A stretch of DNA of 64,000 nucleotides, from positions 51,088,001 through 51,152,000 of the forward strand of contig NC_083233.1 in the NCBI RefSeq assembly GCF_032191835.1, written 5' to 3'. The DNA comes from Heteronotia binoei. Its lineage: Eukaryota. Position 1 is the stretch's first letter; every line of letters starts with the position of its first letter. The notes under the pieces were generated by a model. That model did no database searches and was not told where the DNA came from. It worked only from the letters and a program-made list of their open reading frames with translations. This document shows, piece after piece, positions 26,060 through 38,500 of this stretch. The position numbers and the translations under genes are program-made.

Positions 26060-26199
26060 CTTGGTCCGGATACGGAGGTGAGGATAAGGAACAAACTCTG
26101 GTCTTTCATGTTCATGCTGAGCCTTCAGGTAGCAGTTCAGCATGCAGACAGCAACTCCAGGGAGAGCAACCACAAAGGTCAGGATCTTCCATGTACGGG
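26060..26199 (-). CDS. COX6A1: COX6A1 exon 2
   Basis: (S)[46 protein letters not shown]; TTAG| acceptor and AAG|GTATTT donor. Confidence 0.96.
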
Positions 26200-26735
26200 C
26201 TAATTTAGAACAGAACAGAATAACATTTTTAAAAAGTGGTGAAATAAAATGCATAATTCCAACACAATAGATAATCTGTGCCCTTATTGCATAAATGCAT
26301 GATATTAACTGAATTGCATTGAGTTCAATATGCAGAAATTCACAATTAAGATTACTGTAGCTACAGCGTAGTAATCTTGCTTATCATCTTTGAATAGCAA
26401 CTATAAATTAGCTTGACAGATCTGTTCGCTTTTCTGTTATACATCTTCTATTTAAAATAACCACACTTATTTTGATGCCAAGATAGAAAATGTTAATTTC
26501 ATAGGTGCCAATATGCAAAATTTGCACAAATGTTGAAGCGGGGGGGGGGGGGGGGGCATTTTTTTTTTAGAAAAAATGTAGTGTTGGAAAAACTGAAATA
26601 CACACAATAGCTGCTTTCTCGTCAAACTTAAACTTATTTTAATGCTTTAACATAAAATGCATCATTGGTAACTCAGCCTATAAAATGGTACTAATGTGAA
26701 TATTCATCAAATTTAGAAATATAAATGCCTTAGTT

Positions 26736-26870
26736 CAGGGGTGGCCAACAGTAGCTCTCCAGATGTTTTTTGCCTACAACTTCCATCAGCCCCAGCCAGC
26801 ATGGCCAATGGCTGCGGCTGATGGGAGTTGTAGGCAAAAACATCTGGAGAGCTACCGTTGGCTACCCCTG
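26736..26870. mobile_element. 135-bp palindromic hAT-type MITE in COX6A1 intron 1
   Basis: Near-perfect hairpin CAGGGGTGGCCAAC...GTTGGCTACCCCTG; perfect TSD CCTTAGTT (26728-26735 and 26871-26878). Confidence 0.88.
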
Positions 26871-27810
26871 CCTTAGTTTATTTACAAACAAAACTGAAAA
26901 ACACTGAAGATAGAGAGAGCTACTAATGTGCCCAATGCCACCATAGCATGTGTACCTTACTTTTTGATATGATAAGCAGGAAAAAACAAAAGTTCAAAAT
27001 AGAAAACACAAATTTCACAGTAAAGAAATGAATGTATTCTTTGGAAAGAAATAATCGTATACAGTTATAATAGTGCTAGATATCAAATTAACACTTCTAA
27101 CACTGAGAACATCCAACAATTCAATAGTTTATCATCATACATGTTATATCATATTCGCTGTCAAAAATTACATTTAAATATATATATGTTTGAAAATGTA
27201 TGTCTAATGTATTGTCTAATGTCTAATGCAGTGCAAGACACACTACCTATTCTTGAGTCAGTAAAAGCTTGTCTTTAAGAAATTAAAAAAAATATGCATA
27301 GCTTTTTCAGATTTCAGTTTCCAGTTTTTCTGTGGAAAACTGGAGAGTCCTAAAGAAAAAAAAAATGTCTCCTCGATATTTCCAGGGAGGGCTGGTTCTA
27401 CATCTCTATCTGAATGCCAGTTTTAAAAACCACACTTAGAACTACCCATGAACCGAGCACCTGAGATCCTTGCAATTCTGATCCAGAGCCAGGCCTGTTC
27501 TGGATCTAAGCACTTTACCGCCGTGTGCCTCTCAGCACAGCACAACTAGCTGAGCCTAAGAATAGCGTTATTCCAAGAATGCAGGGAACGTAGGAGAAGG
27601 GCGAGTTACACCCAGAACAGCTAGCCGACCAGTTTGATTTCCCACAGGGGCAGGTACCTCAGGGAAGCCCACGAACAGGAGACGGTTTTCTGCAGCACCT
27701 GACCCTCAGAGGTGCACCACCTCTACTCATGAAGGTTCTGCCCAACGTCCGATAACAACCCCCCACCGTCTCAAGGTCATCAAGTGGTAACCCTAGCCCA
27801 ACTATCTTAC

Positions 27811-27931
27811 AGCTCCCAGCTTCTCCATGGCCCTCTGATGCAGCCGCCGACAGCAGCCGTCTCAGTCCTGCTCGAGGAGCCTCGGCTACAAGCCGTTGAG
27901 GAACTTTGAAGAGCGCCGCCACTGAAGCCAT
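27811..27931 (-). CDS. COX6A1: COX6A1 exon 1 (presequence)
   Basis: MASVAALFKVPQRLVAEAPRAGLRRLLSAAASEGHGEAGS; donor GCT|GTAAGA, phase 1 matching exon 2. Paralog call (6A1 rather than 6A2) rests on synteny with TRIAP1/GATC/SRSF9. Confidence 0.88.
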
Positions 27932-28110
27932 ATTAGGCGTACCACCAGAATAAGGACACCAGCCGCCGCTTCCAACCCGGAACAGGAAATACGAATGAGA
28001 TCGGCGCGGATCGATTACATCACCAGTTTCGTAGCTTGGAGAAGTGCGGCGGGCCGCGTCCTGTGGAGGTATAGTATACGCAGTGCGCATGCGTCTTTTG
28101 GTTTGTGGCT
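27932..28110 (-). promoter_or_regulatory. COX6A1 CpG promoter with ETS/GABP and NRF1 motifs
   Basis: Tandem CCGGAACAGGAAAT (~27977-27990) and TGCGCATGCG (28084-28093), typical of nuclear-encoded respiratory-chain genes. Confidence 0.72.
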
Positions 28111-29385
28111 GTTCGGGAAAGTTTCGGAGTTATTGTTGTTTAATCAAGTTTATGGGGAGTGAAAATGATCTTCTTTTCCTCCTGAGTCAAAATAAGGGAA
28201 TCTTCAATCGTCCTAAATGGCTGTATGGTCCGAGAGGTGTATCCCAATTCTGCCAGTAGTTCTAGGTGTGTTCTTCTTAGATTGCAGTGTACGAGAAATA
28301 CTGCTTCAAGCACCTCCTTCGTTTGCTTTCGCAGCCTCCTTCTCATTATTCCCCAAAGACTAATGAAATAAGCTCATTAGGGACAGGTGCTCGAATACAC
28401 AGAATTGAAAGCAGGGCGAGACACCCCCTATTTACCCCATGGGTGCGCATGTGGTGCTAAGAAAGAAAAATCTGTTTACCCCAACGGTGCCAGTGTGAAT
28501 GCGTACTGCCGCTCACAGGGAATAAAAATTCCTCTCGGACCGTCTCAATTCCTTTCAATTTTGTCTGCTGCACTTCCGTCCTCTTTATAAAGCTTGCTTC
28601 TGTTTCTCGGAGCAGGGGAAATGTGGCATGCTGCTGGTTTTTTGAAAAGGGTCAAGAAGTCCTCTGAAGCCGTTTTGATCTCTGTTGGGAGGCGGGATAT
28701 GGACCTAGAGCAACGCAAAAACTGTCCCCCGCCCCACCCTGCTGCATTCCTATTAGCCATGTTGGGCAAAATGTCCATCTTTTTTATTTCTTTCTTGTAA
28801 GGCTTGTCGGAGCGAAAGTGGTTTTAAAAGGCAAAACTGTACAGGGTGGGAGAATGGAACTCTCTTCCCCTCCCTTCCCTCAGCAGTCTTGATTTACGTG
28901 AAATGTAGCTCCTAAAATGGCTTGTTGTTCTATGACCTCCTTGGTATCTAGCTTAACCCTGAGAAGGGAAGAGAAACCGATAGAAAGAAAAGTGGTCAAG
29001 AGGCCCAGTCCATTTCTCTGATAAGTTATCTACAGTTAGTTGAAAGAAACATTCCCTGGGATATGCACTGTTCCCAGGGCAACCAGATCTGAAGTAGCCG
29101 GTTAGGGAACATACCATATTGTAACCCATTTTTGTCACACCATTCTTCGCAAAGGGCACAAGAGGGAGCTCTTGCACTAAACCCAACTTTCTCAAACTGG
29201 GCCCTAGAACCTTTAAAAAGAAAATGCTCAAAGTGTCCCTTAGTAAACTTGGGGCAGTGGTAGAGCACCTGCTTGGCATGCAGAAAGTCCCAGCTTCATT
29301 CCCTGACATCTTCAGTTTAGAAACGATTGAATAATAGGTGATGTGGAAAGATTTAGATGGGTGGCTGTGTGGATCTGAAGCAATA

Positions 29386-29578
29386 GAACAAAGTCTGAGT
29401 CCAGTGGCACCTTTAAGACCAGTGAAATGGAAGTTACCAGTCCACACTCTCTAGCTTTATGTATGCACTGGTAACTTCCATTTAATTGTATCTGAGGAAG
29501 TGTGTGTGCACACACAAGCTCATACCTTGAACAAAACGTTGATGGTCTTAAAGGTGCCACTGGACTCAAACTTTGTTC
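29386..29578 (+). mobile_element. Penelope-like retroelement terminal fragment with inverted duplication and decayed minimal hammerhead motif
   Basis: 36-bp inverted repeat (35/36) at 29386-29421 / 29543-29578 and an inner perfect 17-bp IR at 29425-29441 / 29467-29483. GTAT-CTGAGGA-AG-TGTGTG..CACAC-AAGCT-C-ATAC at 29488-29525. Confidence 0.65.
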
Positions 29579-32175
29579 AGGTGAAGTGGAAGTGTTCTCC
29601 ATCTAAGGCCTCAGAGAGCTGCTGCCAATTAGTGCAGCCAATACTCTGCTAAACCAATGTGTAAGGCACTAAAGGCAGCTCTATGAATATGCATGTCTGT
29701 AGAACTGTCCTCCCCCCTCCCTGGGAATTAAAGAACCACAATCAACTTCACAACTAGCTCTCTGAAAATCCTGTACAACCCCCCGCCTCCAAGCCTGTAC
29801 ATCACTCTGCAGAGGCATCTGAGTGAAGGAGCAGTCTTTTCTTCTCATGCTGGGCTTTCTCAGAAACCCACATATCTTAAATAGCTTCTAAAAGAGTCCT
29901 TGGTGTATCACCCAGGCATGAGAGAAGGTCAGGCTTCTGCCACTTCTTACCATCATGGGCAGCTGGCATAACATAACCCGGTGTCTCTTCAACCCTATCC
30001 TCAGCCTCTGTCCCTTGCAACTGTTAGCACTACCTCCACTTCCTAAAACAAAGATGTGACCAGGCCAAACAGCATACCTGCCAACAGATAATAGTAAAAG
30101 CGAAGGAGTTCTAGCAGCAGACCTGGGAAAACCTTGGTAGATGTTGGAGAGCTATTGTTAGTATAGTAATAGTTCTAAATTAAGCCCTTGTTCATGATCT
30201 GTCTTCTGCTGAAGTACATAAGAAACTTCTGCTTTCCACAAAAAGCTTCTCTCATGTTAAACAGTGCAATCCTATGTAGTGTTATTCCAGGCTGCATAGG
30301 ATCATATTGTGCTAGTTTTTAAAGCAGCACAAGATGGTTTTGTTGTTTTGCAGAAACACTGAAAGGGCCCTCCTAAGCAGAGTTTGTCTTTCTACATTTA
30401 TTGAAGTCAGTGGGTTGAAAAGAGTGTAATTCTAGTTAGGAGGGTACAGTGATACAGCAACCTCTCTGGTGATGGGAGACCTTTTCCTTTCTTTATCTGA
30501 CAGGTTGATATCCCTCTGGGAAACAAAATTGACAGAAATAAGGATTCATTTCCCAACTGCATTGAAGCCACAATGTTCTTCATGGACACCCTTGAATTAT
30601 GCATAGAAGCAATTTGGCAATTAGTGAAAACTGTTTAGTACTGGCAGCAAGTCTGGCTTAATAGGTATTTTATTGTATTCTTAAAGTATTTCCATGTCTT
30701 GACTAGTTTGGTTGGACAGAAAGAGAAATAAGGAAATGCCTAGAAGCAAACCTGTATTTGTCCACTTTTATCTATAGTTGCTGACTCCAGATTGGAAAAT
30801 TTCTGGAGTTTGGAGGTGGAGTCTTGGAAGGGCAGGGTTTGGGGACCTCAGCAGGGTATACTGTCACAAAGTCCACTCTCCAAAGCAAGTATTTTCTCCA
30901 GTGGAATGGATCTCTGTTTGGAGATTATTTGTGACTCCAGATCTCCAGGCCACACTTGGAGGCTGGCAACCCTACTTCTCCCTTTCTTTCTGGTCACCCC
31001 AAAGTAACAAAAATAGACTGCAAACTCATTTAGATCTTTTTATTTTTGATCATGAAACTGTTTCACATACATTAACAATGCTGTGCAAATGCCATCACAA
31101 TCACCCACACAATAAATATGTATTTTTATGCCACCTCTCAGCTCCTGAGGCGGGTACAGTGGCCTGCACTTGCTGATCAGCTTCTCTCCTCTCGTCACCC
31201 GACCCCCTCCTCTACTGCAGTGATTGCTTCACACACAAATTCCCTTTCATACACATGCATGCAGCCACAGACGCCATACAAGCTCTTGTTTTCAGAGAAG
31301 GATTTATTTATGTCTTGGCCTCCTTGTGAATGTGAAAAGGTGGGGGGAGACTCCACCCCTCCCTGAGGATTCCTTTCATGTGGAAATCAGAAAGAGAGAG
31401 GAGAGCACCACCAGGGTCACAGGAGAAGGGGGTGACTCTTAATTACTCTGAGAGAAAGCAAGCGGGAGGTTTTCTCAAGCTCATATCAATGGATTCATGG
31501 ATGGGAGACGCAACTACCTTCAAATGTCTTTTATGTCAGAATCTCAGTGGGATGTTTTGCTTAAAGACACCCTTCTTTACTGTCGTCTTGCAGAGATACT
31601 GCAGGCAGATGTGGAGTAGGCCCAGCAGTGTTTCCCAAACTTCAGTGTTGTTTTTTTTTAATTCTAAATTGAAGTTGGAGACATCCTTATTCTTGAAAGC
31701 TGCTTCACTTTTACAAAATGTAAGAGTAAGACCTATACAGTCACAAAGGAGGCCAGCTCCCACTAAGTTTCTTTATGATTTTGGGATGCAAGCAGAGGGG
31801 GGGGGTGTAATTTGGAGATACAAAATATGTTTGCCAACTCTGGGGTGGAAAATTCTGGAGATTTGGGGGTGGAGCCTGGAGAGGGCAGGGACCTCAGCAA
31901 GGTATGTCATAGAGTCACTCTCAAAAGCAGTCATTTTCTCCAAAAGGAATTGATCTCTGTTGTCTAGAGATCATTTGTAATTCTGGAAGATTTCCAGGCC
32001 CCACTTGGAGGCTGGTAACCCTAGCAAAGCACAGACTTCTCTGAAAGCAGGACATGTCTGTATGATCCAGAAGCAGATGGGACAGAGTTTCCTTTTCCAT
32101 CATGCAGAAATGAGCAGGCAGTCTCCTTTGGGAATGAGAACTCCATTGCACCTTTACTTACTCTTTTTTGTTGTT

Positions 32176-32349
32176 TTTTCTACAAAATTATCATCCTGGA
32201 ATAAACCATGGTAATTATAACAAGATACAAAACAAAGCTGAATGGAATATTATTTTTCTACAAAATTTTCTACAAAATTATCATCCTGGAATAAACCATG
32301 GTAATTATAACAAGATACAAAACAAAGCTGAATGGAATATTATTTTTCT
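32176..32349. repeat. Perfect local tandem duplication, period 90 bp
   Basis: TTTTCTACAAAATTATCATCC...GAATATTATTTTTCT occurs twice identically; the 14-mer TTTTCTACAAAATT occurs three times. Confidence 0.92.
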
Positions 32350-32934
32350 TTTAATTTTATTTAATAAATATTAAGAACTTACCTCGTGATGCCACTTAAG
32401 TGTAGATCATGGGTGTCAAATGTCTGGCCTGTGGGCAAGAATTGGCCTGCTCACGGCTTTAATCAGGTCTGTGGCTCTTTTCTCCCCCCCTCCTCCCCCT
32501 CTTGTTCTCACTCTTTGAAGCTCTAAGGCTGTCAGAGTTTCCAGCTCCTTCTGCCTTGTCTGCCAGCTGCAGTAGGAAGCTCTTCTGAGCTCACAGAGCT
32601 GCAAAGAAAATGCAGAATAGATTTTCCATTAAGGTCTCTGGGCCCAGATAGACACCTTAATTGAAAATCCATTCCACATTTTCCTTGCAACTTTGTCTGT
32701 GCTGCAGTGTGTTCCAATGGAGTGGAGCTCAGTTTCACTTTCCGGCAATCTTATGGCCACCTGAAGCTCTTGCTTCCTCGTGTCCTTGCAAATAAAGGGT
32801 TGGTGCTTTGACCCAGCTTGTCTCTGCTGAATGGACCTGAGAACTTCCCATTTAGTGCTCCTCTAGTTAATTGTTGTTGTGAGAGGAAGGTGCAACCTCC
32901 ATTTTCTGCCTCAACTGGCCAAAGTTGTGTACTG

Positions 32935-33292
32935 CAGCGGTCCCCAACCTTTTTGGTACCACGGTTTTGTGGAAGACTATTTTTCTAGGGACCGGGGAGG
33001 GGGGGGTGATGGTTTCGGGATGATACAATTGTACACTTTGTTTCTATTAGTTTGTTGTGGTGGTTAACTGTGCGGACTCTTATCTGGGAGAAACAGGTTT
33101 GATTCCCCACTCCTCCACTTGCAGGAAATTGTAGGCCACTCTGAAATTCAGAGTGGAGGGCAGGATATAAATCCAATGTCATCTTATTATTGTTACTACA
33201 TTGAAATATATAATGAAATAATTATACAACTCACGGCCTGGTTGCTAACAGGCCACGGACCGGGACTGGTCTGTGGCCCGGGGGTTCTCCTG
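32935..33292. mobile_element. hAT-Charlie (MER1/Charlie3-like) non-autonomous element with a nested SINE at ~33055-33190
   Basis: Starts CAGCGGTCCCCAACCTTTTTGG, contains ...ATATATAATGAAATAATTATACAACTCAC, ends ...AACAGGCCACGGACC...GGCCCGGGGGTT..CCTG; 8-bp flanks 6/8. Family name is from memory of the primate MER1 consensus. Confidence 0.65.
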
Positions 33293-36124
33293 GTGTGTTG
33301 GACAGAGTGTTTCTCTAAGATCTAAGAGACTCAGAACTGAATCCCCCCTCTGCCATGGGGAGGGGGGACCATGGACTAGTCACTTCCTCTCAGCCTAACC
33401 TGCCTCGCAGGACTGTTCTTGTGAGTATGAAATGGAGGAAGGGAGACCGATATAGTAAGTTGCTTTGGGTCCCCACTGCGGAAGGAAGTGCAGTACAAAT
33501 ATATTTAAACAAATGTAAGAATGACTGGTTCTGGCGTGTGCACCTTGTACAGTCATATTGCCTTTGCTTGTTGAGATGTAGCTCTCTTTGCATCTCACAA
33601 TGCTATTATTATTATTCAGGGCTTTTTTTGAGCAGGAACGCAGCTCTGGCTGGCTTGGTGTCAGGGGGTGTGGCCTAATATGCAGATGAGTTTCTGATGG
33701 GATTTTTCTACAAAAAGCTGTTACTATTAACAACAACAATAACAACAGCAACATTTATAAATCACCCAATCCCTGCTATTGCAGGGCTATAAGTGATGTA
33801 CAACATATATAAAACCACAACAAAATAGAACCAATTAAAATCAATTTACAGAACATTGTAACAATTCAGTGACAATAAATAATTCCAGTCCCTACAGCCA
33901 AGCTACATTCTTGTGGGGAAAAAAATCAACATGGGATCACAGTTCATATTACAGGAAATACAAACAAGAGAAAAGGTTCAGGACTGGCTTGCTCCTAATA
34001 TAAATATCTACACCAGGGTGTCAAACTCATTTGTTAAGAGGGGTGGATCTGACACAAATGGGACTTTGTGAGGCCAGGCCATGCATATCATAAAATGTAA
34101 TGCCAGGTAGCAGAGAAATATCCTTTATAAAGGATATGGAGAAACACAAAGATGTTATTTTTAACTTAAAATATAAACATGCTTAAAACTCACTGTTTTG
34201 TTTAAAATGGAAAGGTGGGGAAATAATGGGATTTGGCAATGCAATTTTTAAAATAAAACATCAAGAAAAAGTGTAAGGATCACAGCAGAAACTAAAAGTA
34301 TAAAATGCTCTGAGCCTAGGAAAATATGAAATTGACTGGGCATTGCAAGCTTCTTCCCCCCGCCCCAGTCTACTCAGATTGGCAATGGCTCCGCAGTGTA
34401 ATATCCCCCTTTTGCCGTGGGTCCCCAGGTTAAGGTACTCACTAGGTACCAGTTCTCCTGCACAAGCCCAGTTGAAATGCACATGACCAGCACACAAGAC
34501 TTCATTTCAGCAGGTGATCCTAGCAGGTGGTGCTCAAAAAGTTTCAATCCCCATCCTGCTCTGAAGCTCAGTGGACAGCACTGGGCAAGCTGCTCTCTCC
34601 CCTCCCCCTCAGCACCCATTTCAGCATAGCCCACCGCACAGGACTGTTGTGACGCTAAAATTCTGCCGAGTTCCTTGGCTCCATCTGGAGTTTATTTCTT
34701 TCCAATCAGTTGACAGTGTGAAGCAGAAAGGCCCCTGTTGTTCCTCTACACCTGGCCTATTTATTTGAAGTAATAACAATAAATATTTCAATCCCTCTGG
34801 AGAGAATCCTCAGGGTCCTTCTGCAGCCATAGATACAAGAGGTTTGGGCTGGGGAGTTGAACAGCTGCTTTGTTTTGGGAGCACCTGCCGGAGGAAGTGC
34901 ACCCAGTGAAGAGGGGAGGGGAAAACAACATGTTGTTTGCAGATATCTGAAGAAGTTAAAGATGTGCCATTTCTTTTGCAAATGAAGATGTGCAGCCTGG
35001 AATAGCCCCACCAGGTCTCCACATGGGAGTCCTTTGATAAGATTGATGAGAATGAGAAGCAAAAAAAGGACTTATCTGCTGCATAGGGCTGCTGAGAGGG
35101 GAGGATTGGCATACAACATTTCGGGAGGAGCCCAGCTTGCTCTGGGGTCTCAGAAAGTCAGACAAGAAATGCCTTTGGAAATAAGCAGCAGAACACCTAT
35201 GCAGCCAAGCCTAGGGGAATCTATGAAACATCCTCTTCATGCTGATACGGACGAATGGGTGTCTCATCAAGTCCTTCCTTCCTTATGGGTTGCAAGAAAA
35301 TGAGGCTGAGACCATCTTATACAGTACTATATAAGATGGACGAATATTATGACCTGTCCTTTATGTGAAAGTTACACTGGTTTAATGTTGTGATTTGTAT
35401 GTTTGCTCTGTTTCAAGCCTAAAACAGTGAATGAAAGCAAATAATGTCTACTGTAAATACCAACAATACTCCTCTAAGCTGTGGAGTCTTGTGAGCAAAA
35501 ATTCTATTTTGTGAGCTACTAGCTTTGTGAACTACTGCATAAATTAGTTCTTTCTAGGGCCATTTTTCCTGAACTAAGACAAAAATATGAGAGCCAGAAG
35601 GTAAAAAACTGTGAGCTAGCTCACACTAACTCAGCTTAGAGGGAACACTGCCAACAATCACATTCATATCCCATTCCTCCTCCAAGGAATACATGGAATT
35701 ACCTATTCTGTTTTTACAACAACCCTGTGATGCAGGCAGGTGACTGAGTCAAATCATCCTGTTAGTTGTAATGGCTTCTCAGGGACTGGAACACAATTCT
35801 CCCCTATGTTTCTGCTTCCCAAAAGCTCAGACGTACAGCTTCTGATTAACTTTTCTACATTTCTGCATCCACAGAATCCTTTCAAACACTGATAAAGGAG
35901 TTATGGCAACATTTTAGAAGGATGGCCAGAAAGAATAAGTCTGTTTTTGTGTGGGATGTGCCTCCTTGCACTGGCTACTTTCACAGAGCTGAAATTGGAT
36001 CTGGAGTAGCCAACTATGTCTCTCTTTCCCGAGAGCTGACTTGGGGTTGTGCTTGCTGAATAAACAAAGCAAGATGGTGGCAGAGCCATTGATATGTGAA
36101 GGTGGGTGCTCCAGATTGGGGCCC

Positions 36125-36578
36125 TATAATATAGTGCAGGGGTGGCCAATGGTAGCTCTCCAGATGTTTTTTGCCTACAACTCCCATCAGCCCCAGCCAT
36201 TGGCCATGCTGGCTGGGGCTGATGGGAGTTGTAGACAAAAACATCTGGAGAGCTACCGTTAGCCACTCCTGATATAGTGGGTTGGATGCATTGAGGAGGT
36301 GAGGTTGTGGTGATAATCAGCTCTTTATTAGATACAGCATAGTATAGGGCTGCACTAAAAGACTAGCCAACGGGGCCAACTATATACAACTCTGGGTTCC
36401 CACGCAAGCACGTTATTGGATCATTCAAACCAGCAGGGGATTCGTGATTGGAGCAGGGCAGCAGGGATTTGGATTCTCCTGCCCATTGTTCCCAAGTCCC
36501 CAAGCTCAGTCCTTCTGGTTCCAATGAGCCCTGCAGGAACACCCATCTCAGTCTTCACTTTGGTCCACATACATAACA
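36125..36578 (-). mobile_element. Solo LTR (same family as 39857-40168) carrying a nested MITE
   Basis: Reverse complement aligns by eye along its length with 39857-40168 (TGTTAyGTATGTGGAC...CCAATCAC...TATATA...AATAAAGAGC...CCCACTATATTATA). 5-bp flanks GGCCC and GACCC. Confidence 0.82.
36137..36271. mobile_element. 135-bp palindromic hAT-type MITE (second copy) inserted in the solo LTR
   Basis: Same sequence family as 26736..26870; perfect TSD ATATAGTG (36129-36136 and 36272-36279). Confidence 0.88.
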
Positions 36579-37899
36579 GACCCCAATGAGCAAAGCAGGA
36601 GGGTGGAATCTTAAAGGCTTCACAAAAATGATGGCATGAACTTTCACAACCGGCTCACAAAAACCTATGCCATAACAACATTTATTAGACTATCAGGTGC
36701 CACAAGACACTTTTGTTATTTTGGCTCCCTCGCAGGGTTGTTGTCTTGATAAAATGGGAGGCAAATGTCCCCATGTATGCTGTCAAGCTCCTTGAAGGAA
36801 AAGCAGGATATCAGTGACAGAAATAAAGAAACAACACCTGATCAGAAGTTGGACATTTTATGATTTGATACTCCAGCACAATACACTGAAGTGCATTGAA
36901 GCATCTTTCCTCATTTTAAGACAGAACAAGCTAAGCTGGTAAAATGCCCTTTCCTAATTGGTGCCTCTGATTAGGAACAGTAATTAGTAACATGCACAGC
37001 CAAGTGCTCACAGTGTCCCAGACTTAGAGAAAAGACTGACCTTGCAATAAACCCCTCTATGCGAATGCTTTGGCTAACTTGCGTGTCTCTGTCTAACGCA
37101 TGGCCTCAAGAAATCCCTACTTCCTGAGTGCAGGAAAGCCAAACATGCATGTTCTATTCTTCTCATTTTCTGGTGTTTTAAAATTCCCAAGGTGCTAATT
37201 CCTGAACTGTGTGGTGCAATGCATACATTTTAAAAAGTAAAGGCCCCTATGAGCCCAAAGTACCCACTCATACAGAAGTTGCCTGTTGTGTCTCAGTATG
37301 ACTCCCTGCTCTACCTTTATCTTGTTTCAATCAGTGTCTGCTATGAGTGGATGTTTCTGCCACATTTCTGCAACGTCTGTGAGTTATTCCCAGAGCTGTG
37401 AGTTATTCCCAAGGCTTTTTTTGAGCAGGAACACAGTTCCAGCTGGCTTGGTGTCAGGGGTGTGACCTAATATGTAAATGAGTTCATGTGCGAAACAATG
37501 GTGACATCAGAGGGGATGGCCCAATATACAAATGAGCTTCCACTGTGCTTTTTATACAAAAAAGCCCCGCGCAAAACAATGGCGGCATCATGGGGTGTGG
37601 CCTAATATGCAAATGAATTCCTGCTGAGCTTTTTTCTACACCCCCCCCCCAGTTATTCCCAACACAGGACAAAGAATAATTTCCAGCCTTCAGAGGAAGT
37701 TGACCCTTGCATCTATGCATGAGTGGCTGTTCTGGTCTACTTGCCCAGGTCTATGGTGCTCCAGTCATTTTATCCCTGTATGGCAGGTCAATTCCAGAAA
37801 AGAGTGGTGGAATTCTATTGCCCTTTGGTACTTTTTCAGAAGTCTCCCTTTTGTTTTCTACATTCTTTAACATTTGCATTTAAATCTTGGGAAGTCGAA

Positions 37900-38500
37900 C
37901 AGCAGGTTTGAGGGTGAGGTTTCACCTATGCGTGGATGACACCCAGTTCTGTGTCTTCTTTTCAGGTGTGGCTTTCCTAAATAGGTGTCTGGAGTCAGTT
38001 AAGAAGCTAGATGTAGCCTCATAAAATGAGGCTCAACACAGATAATGGAAAAACTGTGGGTATAAATTGAACCATTAAGGTAGTCTTCAGCTGACTCTAG
38101 ATGGTGTTTCACTCCCTGCTAAAGATCAGGTGAGTTGTTTGGAAGAGTTTTTAGATCTAGATCTATATAGGTATGGTCAAGTCAACTTGCATCACTTATG
38201 TCTCCTAGAGACACTTATTCATGCTTTAGTGATACTTGATTACTACAATGTGTTATGTGTAGGGCTGCCCTTGGAATCTGGAAAGTTCAACTGGTTAAAC
38301 ACATAAATAGAATTTGAAATAAATAATTCAAAATACAGTGACCAGGCTGTTGACTGGTGTGTGCCATAATGACAGTATCCCTCCAACGAAGAAACAAAGC
38401 TTGTTTCTGGGCACAGTGCAAGATGCTTATAAACGTATAAAGCATTAAATGGAGTGGGATTAGTATCTAAAGGGCCACTGTTCCCCACATGAACCAACCG
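37900..38500 (+). mobile_element. Highly decayed L2-like LINE 3' ORF2 fragment
   Basis: Remnant HLCVDDTQF (YADDTQLY-like) near 37925 and downstream L2-like text. Boundaries approximate. Confidence 0.5.

Noticed and set aside
26540-26556. G17 run as a functional G-quadruplex
   Set aside because: A simple homopolymer (C-run on the COX6A1 sense strand) with unreliable length and no other support.
27659-28090. 143-aa COX6A1 ORF with a 53-aa N-terminal extension
   Set aside because: The upstream ATG lies inside the NRF1 promoter motif, likely 5' of the TSS; the C-terminal part is intron.
31378-31953. 191-aa ORF as a novel gene
   Set aside because: No domain or splice support, and its 3' third is a TAGGGTTGCCA-family repeat.
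32176-32349. CRISPR-like array
   Set aside because: Two adjacent identical units without spacers in a vertebrate genome: a tandem duplication.
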